NCBI RefSeq assembly: GCF_001194135.2
Contig: NC_068981.1
Location: forward strand, 134,185,609 to 134,242,775
Direction of reading: 5' to 3'
Length of the DNA stretch: 57,167 bases
Origin: Octopus bimaculoides
Taxonomy: Eukaryota
Shown: in pieces, positions 49,959 through 57,167 of the stretch
How the letters are laid out: each line of letters opens with the position of its first letter
How positions within the stretch are numbered: the stretch's first letter is position 1
The notes under the pieces: generated by a model
The model's input: the letters and a program-made list of their open reading frames with translations, nothing else
Database searches by the model: none
Told to the model about the DNA's origin: nothing
Made by a program: the position numbers and the translations under genes

Positions 49959-50187
49959 GCGAGCTGGCAGAATCGTTAGCATGCAGGGCAAAATGCTTAG
50001 CGGTATTTTGCCCATCTTTACAGTCTGAGTTCAAATTCTGCTGAGGTCGACTTTGCCTTTCATCCTTTCAGGGTCAATGAAATAATTACCAGTTGAGCAC
50101 TGGAGTTGATGTAATTGAGTTAGCCCTCCCCACAAATTTCAGGCCATGTGCCTATAGTAGAAAAGATTATTATTATTATTATTATTA
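49959..50187 (+). mobile_element. Second tRNA-derived SINE family with an (ATT)n tail
   Basis: GCGAGCTGGCAGAATCGTTAG head, GAGTTCAAATTC B box, GACTTTGCCTTTCATCCTTT body, (ATT)n tail. Homologues at 28965-29325 (+), 3640-4100 (-) and 49750-49958 (+). Confidence 0.85.
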
Positions 50188-50189
50188 TG

Positions 50190-50520
50190 CTATGGCTCAG
50201 TGATTAGAACATCAGGCTCACAATCTTGAGGTAGTGAGGTCGATTCCCGGACCAGGCTGTGTTGTGTTGTTGAGCAAGGCACTTTATTTCACGTTGCTCC
50301 AGTTCACTCAGCTGTAGAAATGATTTGCGACGCCACTGGTGCCGAGCTGTATCAGCCTTTGCCTTCTCTTTGGATAACATCAGTGGTGTGGAGAGAGGAG
50401 GCTGGTATACATGGGCGACTGCTGGTCTTCCATAAACAACCTTGCCTAGACTTGTGCCTCAGAAGGGAACTTTCTCAATGCAATCCCATAGTCATTTATG
50501 ACTGATGGGGGTCTTTACCT
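50190..50520 (+). mobile_element. Third tRNA-derived SINE family with a Meta-domain-like core
   Basis: TGGCTCAGTGATTAG A box, GGTCGATTCC B box, core TTGAGCAAGGCACTTTATTTCACGTTGCTCCAGTTCACTCAGCTGTAGAAATG resembling the MetaSINE central domain (recognised from memory). Confidence 0.75.
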
Positions 50521-51084
50521 TTCTGCTATTATTCAAAACTTTTACAATTATCATTAACAAATTCTATAGGACACTTTTGGTTTTTATCATCCCACAGTGT
50601 TCATATCCCAAGTAGACTGTGCTATAGTATAAATGGTTCTGTAGACTGTGCTATGATGTAAATGGCTCAGTAGTCTGTATACTATAGTAGTATATTACTT
50701 GGCTAGCTACTCACTACATTAGCACTCAATCTAATTTTGTTTTCAAACTTTTACATTCAGTTATCCAACCTTCTGCTTTTGCTGTGTGTGCAAATCCTAA
50801 ACTGAGCATTTCTATGAACTTATATACACCATTATCGTTATTGTTGTTTAGCCCCAGGTCACTTCTTACCTATGCTTAAAGGCGTTCCACCTCTGAGTAT
50901 TTTGTGTTTGTGTTTATGTCAGATTCTATTATTCATTGTGTCTTGCTTTTTCTTAAGACAGTAGAATGTGATTTGAGTGAGAGATTTAAACTGCTATTTT
51001 TAGTATGTTGAGCAAACACATTAGGCTTCCTTATTGGCTTAAACATAAATGTGTGTGTGTGTATATGGCTGTGTAAAAGAGAGA

Positions 51085-51116
<32 letters not shown>

Positions 51117-53533
51117 CAGAGAGAGAAAGTGCTTCTGTGTGCATACATGTGCATGTATGCATGCACACACTATTGAAAAACTTGACCATTGCACATTTTT
51201 GCTAGCATACCATCGAATTTTCTTTGCTTTTTATTATGCTATCCAAAACAAAAACCAAAAAAAAAAATCTATATGTTTGGTTTATATTTCAAGAGTACTT
51301 CACTCATTTTCACAACTCATTAAACTGCATGGCATATCCATTTAGTAATTCTTGTCTTAATTATAAACTGGCCATTTGAAACAAGAAGCGCTACTTGGAG
51401 ACAAGTACCTCTTACACAATGGAAGTTAATGCCACGATTTTGAAAACTAACTTGTTGTCTTTGTATTCAATATACTCACAAAATTAAGGATGGGTGGTGG
51501 ATTGGTAGAAATAGTAGTATAGTATTGAAGAACATTCTTTGTGGTTGTGATTATTTGTTATAGTTCTTTACATTGTGGGTTCAAATCCTGCCAGAGTTGA
51601 CTTTGCCTTTTGTTGTTCTTGGGCCCTCATTTACCAAGGTAGAGAATGTATTTGCACATGTATGTACAGACCTGGGTAAGATATTATTTTTAGGAAGATT
51701 GGCATGATTATATGACTAAGAAGTTTGCTTCCCAACTATATGGTTTTTAATTCAGTCTCACAGCACGGCACCTTGATCTTTTACTGTCCCCTCTGCTGAC
51801 CAAAGCCTTGCGAGTGGATTTTGTGTGTTGATGTGTGTGTATGTTGATGTGTGTGTGTATGTGTATGCAAGTGAGTATATGTTTGTGTCTCCTTATCTTG
51901 AGTTGCATGATCGTTGTAAATGAATGTCATTCATTTCCACTATTCAGTGAAAATGTGCCTGACCATGGGGAAATATCTTACTTGAAAACAGGTAAGGGTT
52001 AGCAACAGGAAGGGTGTCTGCCTTAATAAACTCTGTCCAACTCTATTGAAAAGTGGGTGTAAAAACGGTGATGTTAGTTGCTTGTGCATGCAAGTCTCTT
52101 CTCTCAACACCACTGACATTTGTCGAAAAGAAAGGCTACTGCTTAGCACCAGTATTATTGCAGATGTTACTGTAAGAATACAAGGACTGGAACAGATACC
52201 ACATGTTATCTCACCTGACTCTATAATATGTTTGCCAATTTACTGTTTTAGATTGTTACTTTTTTATCGATCCAAGAAGAATGAAAGGCAAAATTGACCT
52301 TGGTGCAATTTGAACTCAGCACTGGGAGTCGATTAAATTTTTATGAGGCATTCTATCCAACAAATTAAAGCTTGTCAATGTGCTGCCTGGAGTCAGTGAA
52401 TTTTCTGTTAAGTACTGGTGGGGTTTGATATGAACTATGACCCTTCATCCAAATTTGTAGTCTTGGGTCTCTACTGCTCAATGATGAGGATTTGTTTAAT
52501 CAACTGAATTACATGCTCCTGAATTAACATGCAAGTGGCTGAGTATTCCACATACACATATACCCTTAGTGTAATTCTTAGGCAGCTGGTGCCATGTAAA
52601 AAGCATCCAGTCCACACTGTAAAGTGGTTGGCATTTGGAAGGGCATCCAGCTATAAAATCATGCCAAAACTGACTTTGCCTATGCTGGTTCCACTTAAAA
52701 AGCACTAAGTCCACTCTGCAGGGTGATTGGTGTTAGGGAATCCAGCTGTAAAAACTGTGCCAAAACAGACATAGAAGTCTGGTGCAGTCTTCTGCTTAGC
52801 CAGCTCCCATCAAACCATCCAACCCAGGATCTTATGGTCATGAAGTAAACTTCTTAACCATTTGGCCATACTACATCTTTGTCAATCTAATACATCAGAA
52901 AATTTTCAAAACCAGACTCTGTTGATTGAAAATAATATGATATAACTGTATTTGACTAGGCGACTTAGTTCTTGTCTATATATTCAGTTATAAGGTCTTT
53001 TTAATAGACATCAAAATTAATCATAAAGTTCTACTTTGTCCAGCTTTCCACAGCTTAGTTTTTCTTTCTCTTTTACCTACTTGGTTTGCTGCTTGACAAG
53101 TTTAGACTTCAAAAGCATGGACAGCATTAAAAATTAGAATATCAACTCCTCAACCAACAGACTGGCCTTCTCCATTTGGATATTACAATTCTTTTTGATG
53201 GTTTCATTAAAAGAAAAAAAAACTCTCTCAGTAGGATAGTTTACCAAGAAACACAAAAAGTTGGTTTTTATCATAAATTGTTTATGTACAGTTGTATAAA
53301 GTTCGATAAATCATTGAGTGTTACTATTTCTGGTTTCTCATTGATTAGGGATGGAATTCTGGAGTCCTTTACAGAAATCAAGAGTGAAAATAAAGAGAAT
53401 AGTTTCTATGAAAGCATAAGATATTCTCCCCATCATCATCATCATCATCATCATTTTATATCTTTCTATCTTTCTATCTAATTTATATATGTATATATAT
53501 TAATGTTTGTTTTTATGTCAAATAATAATAAAA

Positions 53534-53684
53534 CAATTAAACCTTGGGAGAGGCATTATGCCGGTAATAAACACACGCACTGGTTCAGTCCTTTATTAAT
53601 TTATATAGTTTTTTGTTAAATTATTTCATTGCACTCTTGCAATCTCTTCAGTAACTTGTCTCTCCACTTCCCAAGGTTTAATTG
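53534..53684. repeat. 151-bp element bounded by a perfect 16-bp inverted repeat, with a hammerhead-like core on the minus strand
   Basis: CAATTAAACCTTGGGA at 53534-53549 and its reverse complement at 53669-53684. The minus strand reads CTGAAGA-G-ATTGCA-AGAG-TGCAAT-GAAA. Confidence 0.55.
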
Positions 53685-54328
53685 TATTTCTTTCAACACA
53701 CATATCCACATCAAGAATCTTGCACACGAAATACACATACAAAAAATAATAAAACAATTTTACATTAAACTGAAGGATTACTCAATACTGTAGAGTACAT
53801 ATTTATTATTCTTTAAAAAGAATAGTATTAACATTGACTTCAAAGTTTTGATAGTCTGATAAAAAGCTNNNNNNNNNNNNNNNNNNNNNNNNNNNNNNNN
53901 NNNNNNNNNNNNNNNNNNNNNNNNNNNNNNNNNNNNNNNNNNNNNNNNNNNNNNNNNNNNNNNNNNNNNNNNNNNNNNNNNNNNNNNNNNNNNNNNNNNN
54001 NNNNNNNNNNNNNNNNNNNNNNNNNNNNNNNNNNNNNNNNNNNNNNNNNNNNNNNNNNNNNNNNNNNNNNNNNNNNNNNNNNNNNNNNNNNNNNNNNNNT
54101 ATACATACATACATATATGTGTGTGACTGTGTGTGTGTGTGTGTGACTGTGTGTGCTTTCGGTGAGAATGGTTTTTTAATACGGTGCCGTAAATTTACAA
54201 TCCTGTAAATAATAATGATGGTATTTTTATATAAGCCTAAAGCTTATGGTGATCACCGAGCAATGACTATGAAAAATAGTCTAATAAAGGGGCATATAAG
54301 CCCTCAACAGAAAAAAAGAAGGCTTTCC

Positions 54329-54400
54329 TATCCGCGTGGGAGTTGAACCCACATCTCTTTGTTAACGTGACTGTGTTACCTTTACATCAGTGAATTAGCC
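54329..54400 (-). pseudogene. tRNA-like relic (SINE head or tRNA pseudogene)
   Basis: The minus strand has a B box GGGTTCAACTCCCA with a GTGGG/CCCAC T-stem. The remaining arms pair poorly. Confidence 0.3.
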
Positions 54401-55439
54401 TCCCCTTTCTGTCAAATTTAAGAACTATAAAAGTTCGTATATGCTTTCAGTGCAAATGAAAGCATTTTCAGTAGTGTACAGAATAGTATGTTGATAATAA
54501 TAATGTTAGTTAAAAGAAACGAAGGAATTGTTATTCAGTTTATTTATATACAAGTAGAGAAAGCTTTCAAAATTTCCAAGGAAACGAAATACAATAAAAG
54601 GAAATAAATGTAAAGGTGCAAACATTCTCACATGCTATACATGGGTTGGATGATTTAACAGGATTTGATGGGTCCAAGGACTACATCATGATTCAGTCTC
54701 TGATTTGGTATGGTTGCTATTATTGAACACCTTTTCTAAGGCCAATCACTTCACAGTTTTTACCAGGTGCTTGTTTTGTGCCACCAACACTACTGAAGTT
54801 GCTATGCAGTTTCCAAGGGGAAAGGTTTATGTTAGGAGATGAGAAGTTAATGTATGAGAGTAGGGGCCAGTGCAGAACAGGTTTCTTGTTGTAGAGTAGC
54901 TAAGAGAAGATATGGGTAATTAGGTGGAGCTGGAGAGTTATAAAAAAAAACAATTAAAGGTGATGAGGTATCTGGGTAGATCTTCAAGGTATGAGGTGTA
55001 TCCAGTTTAAAAAAAAAGAAATTGTTCCCAGGTGCTCCAGTGTGCCTGCAGTCAAATGACTGAAACAAGTAAAAGAGTAAAAGAATAAATTAAAAATTAG
55101 AACTGTTTTCAATTCCACTACATCTCTATGAAACTGATGCAACAATTGGGATATCCAAACACCTTGCTCTCTTCACCCTCTCAACTATTAACCCCACTTA
55201 ACTGAGGAGGGTTCTTCCTTTTCTTGCTCTTTTCCTACCTTTTCAGGCCATCACCGCTAGTGTTGGTGACCTGAAAAAAAGTATCCAGTACACACTGCAA
55301 AGTAGTTGATGTTATGAAAGGCATCTAGCTGTAGAAGCCATGCCAAAGCTGAAATTGGAGCTTGATGCAGCCTTACAGCTTACTGGTTCCTGTCAAATTG
55401 TCCAACCCATGCTAGCATGGAAAACAGGCATCAAATGAT

Positions 55440-55470
<31 letters not shown>

Positions 55471-56275
55471 ACAGTAACGAATAACCAGAAAAGTAAATAA
55501 GTTGTTAGAGGATTCTTATCTTAAGGTATAGGGAATATGTCCTTTAGTTTATATCTTAAGCTGTTATAATAGTCTTCATTTTTTAATTTTTTTTATGGTC
55601 ATTGGTAGCAAACTGCTTTGGAAAACATTCAAATTTGAACTAAGGTTCACTTTATGTTTAAGGGAGATCAAATTTAGCCTTCTTAAAATGTTTTCAAAAG
55701 CACCCCTTCCTCCACGATANNNNNNNNNNNNNNNNNNNNNNNNNNNNNNNNNNNNNNNNNNNNNNNNNNNNNNNNNNNNNNNNNNNNNNNNNNNNNNNNN
55801 NNNNNNNNNNNNNNNNNNNNNNNNNNNNNNNNNNNNNNNNNNNNNNNNNNNNNNNNNNNNNNNNNNNNNNNNNNNNNNNNNNNNNNNNNNNNNNNNNNNN
55901 NNNNNNNNNNNNNNNNNNNNNNNNNNNNNNNNNNNNNNNNNNNNNNNNNNNNNNNNNNNNNNNNNNNNNNNNNNNNNNNNNNNNNNNNNNNNNNNNNNNN
56001 NNNNNNNNNNNNNNNNNNNNNNNNNNNNNNNNNNNNNNNNNNNNNNNNNNNNNNNNNNNNNNNNNNNNNNNNNNNNNNNNNNNNNNNNNNNNNNNNNNNN
56101 NNNNNNNNNNNNNNNNNNNNNNNNNNNNNNNNNNNNNNNNNNNNNNNNNNNNNNNNNNNNNNNNNNNNNNNNNNNNNNNNNNNNNNNNNNNNNNNNNNNN
56201 NNNNNNNNNNNNNNNNNNNNNNNNNNNNNNNNNNNNNNNNNNNNNNNNNNNNNNNNNNNNNNNNNNNNNNNNNNN

Positions 56276-56315
<40 letters not shown>

Positions 56316-56493
56316 GAGCTTCGTTAGGTGACAGTTGTTTCTGCTTTAAGATGCTATTAAAGTTTACAAGATGATCATTTATTCCTTTGTCATCTTATTT
56401 TCTTATTGCCTCTCTGTACTCAATTAATGCTTCGTTCTGAAGCATATGTATATTGAGTTCTACACAATATTATATGTATCACAATGCCTAAGC

Positions 56494-56532
<39 letters not shown>

Positions 56533-56952
56533 CATTAATCAAAGGACACATTAAAGTGTCTACCTGCTAGAAATAAGAGTTAAAACCCTCATTTGGACCA
56601 CCAAAAAATATTTACACGGAAAATAACAGATTCAACAGTATACAGGCGAAAAAACTGAAAAAAGTCTCTCACATACCTACATAACACAAAGCTCTATTCT
56701 GGGAATATGTTTCAAAGGGTTAAGATTTGCTGAAGAAAGTAAGATCTTTGTATCAAACCAGAAACTGGTCTACATATATACCTGTTCCATTAAATATATA
56801 GTTTTATGCTATATAGATATGTGAGAGATTTTTTCGGTTTGCTCGCACCTATACTGTTGAATCTGTTATTTTCAGTGTAAATATGTTTTGGTGGTCCAAA
56901 TGAGGGTTTTATTTCTAGCAGGTAGACACTTTAATATGTCCTTTGATTAATG
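56533..56952. mobile_element. 420-bp foldback element with ~145-150-bp inverted arms and a decayed hammerhead-like motif in the spacer
   Basis: Arms at 56533-56683 and 56810-56952 are reverse complements with few mismatches and a ~7-nt indel. The spacer has CTGAAGA (56730-56736) and GAAACTGGTC (56761-56770). Confidence 0.75.
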
Positions 56953-57123
56953 TAATTTTAATTCTATAGCTATATAACGCTGATTTAGGCCTGCAACCAC
57001 CTATATTAAAATTGTTGTTGTTATCATAGATTATTTTTATTGCCTTTGATAATAATGATATTAATATCTATATTGATATTCACTTCTGAATATTTTCACT
57101 GCTCATTACCCATGATCCTTTAT

Positions 57124-57167
<44 letters not shown>

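Overview
A repeat-dense, AT-rich animal genomic window with scaffold gaps. The SINE and LINE families and the (TA)n/(CA)n load point to an octopod cephalopod, probably Octopus; this is inferred from repeat motifs, not a database match. No complete protein-coding gene is visible, and almost all ORF-track entries are microsatellite, N-gap or antisense-to-repeat artefacts. Supported features: several tRNA-derived SINE families; 5'-truncated RTE LINE ends; decayed Tc1/mariner transposons (a DD41D element fused to a Tc1, a deleted mariner, mariner MITEs); hAT and piggyBac MITEs with intact TSDs; a higher-order minisatellite; and a CpG-retaining block (about 23-30 kb) with a candidate first exon at 28854-28919. 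The main unexpected signal is a set of unrelated Penelope-like/retrozyme-type repeats carrying hammerhead ribozyme cores. One near-intact minimal type I hammerhead lies at 24674-24738 (+), inside a 527-bp unit arranged as a tandem plus an inverted copy. Decayed hammerheads of other families occur near 6.4/7.3, 18.1, 25.3, 53.6 and 56.7 kb, several inside long inverted repeats.
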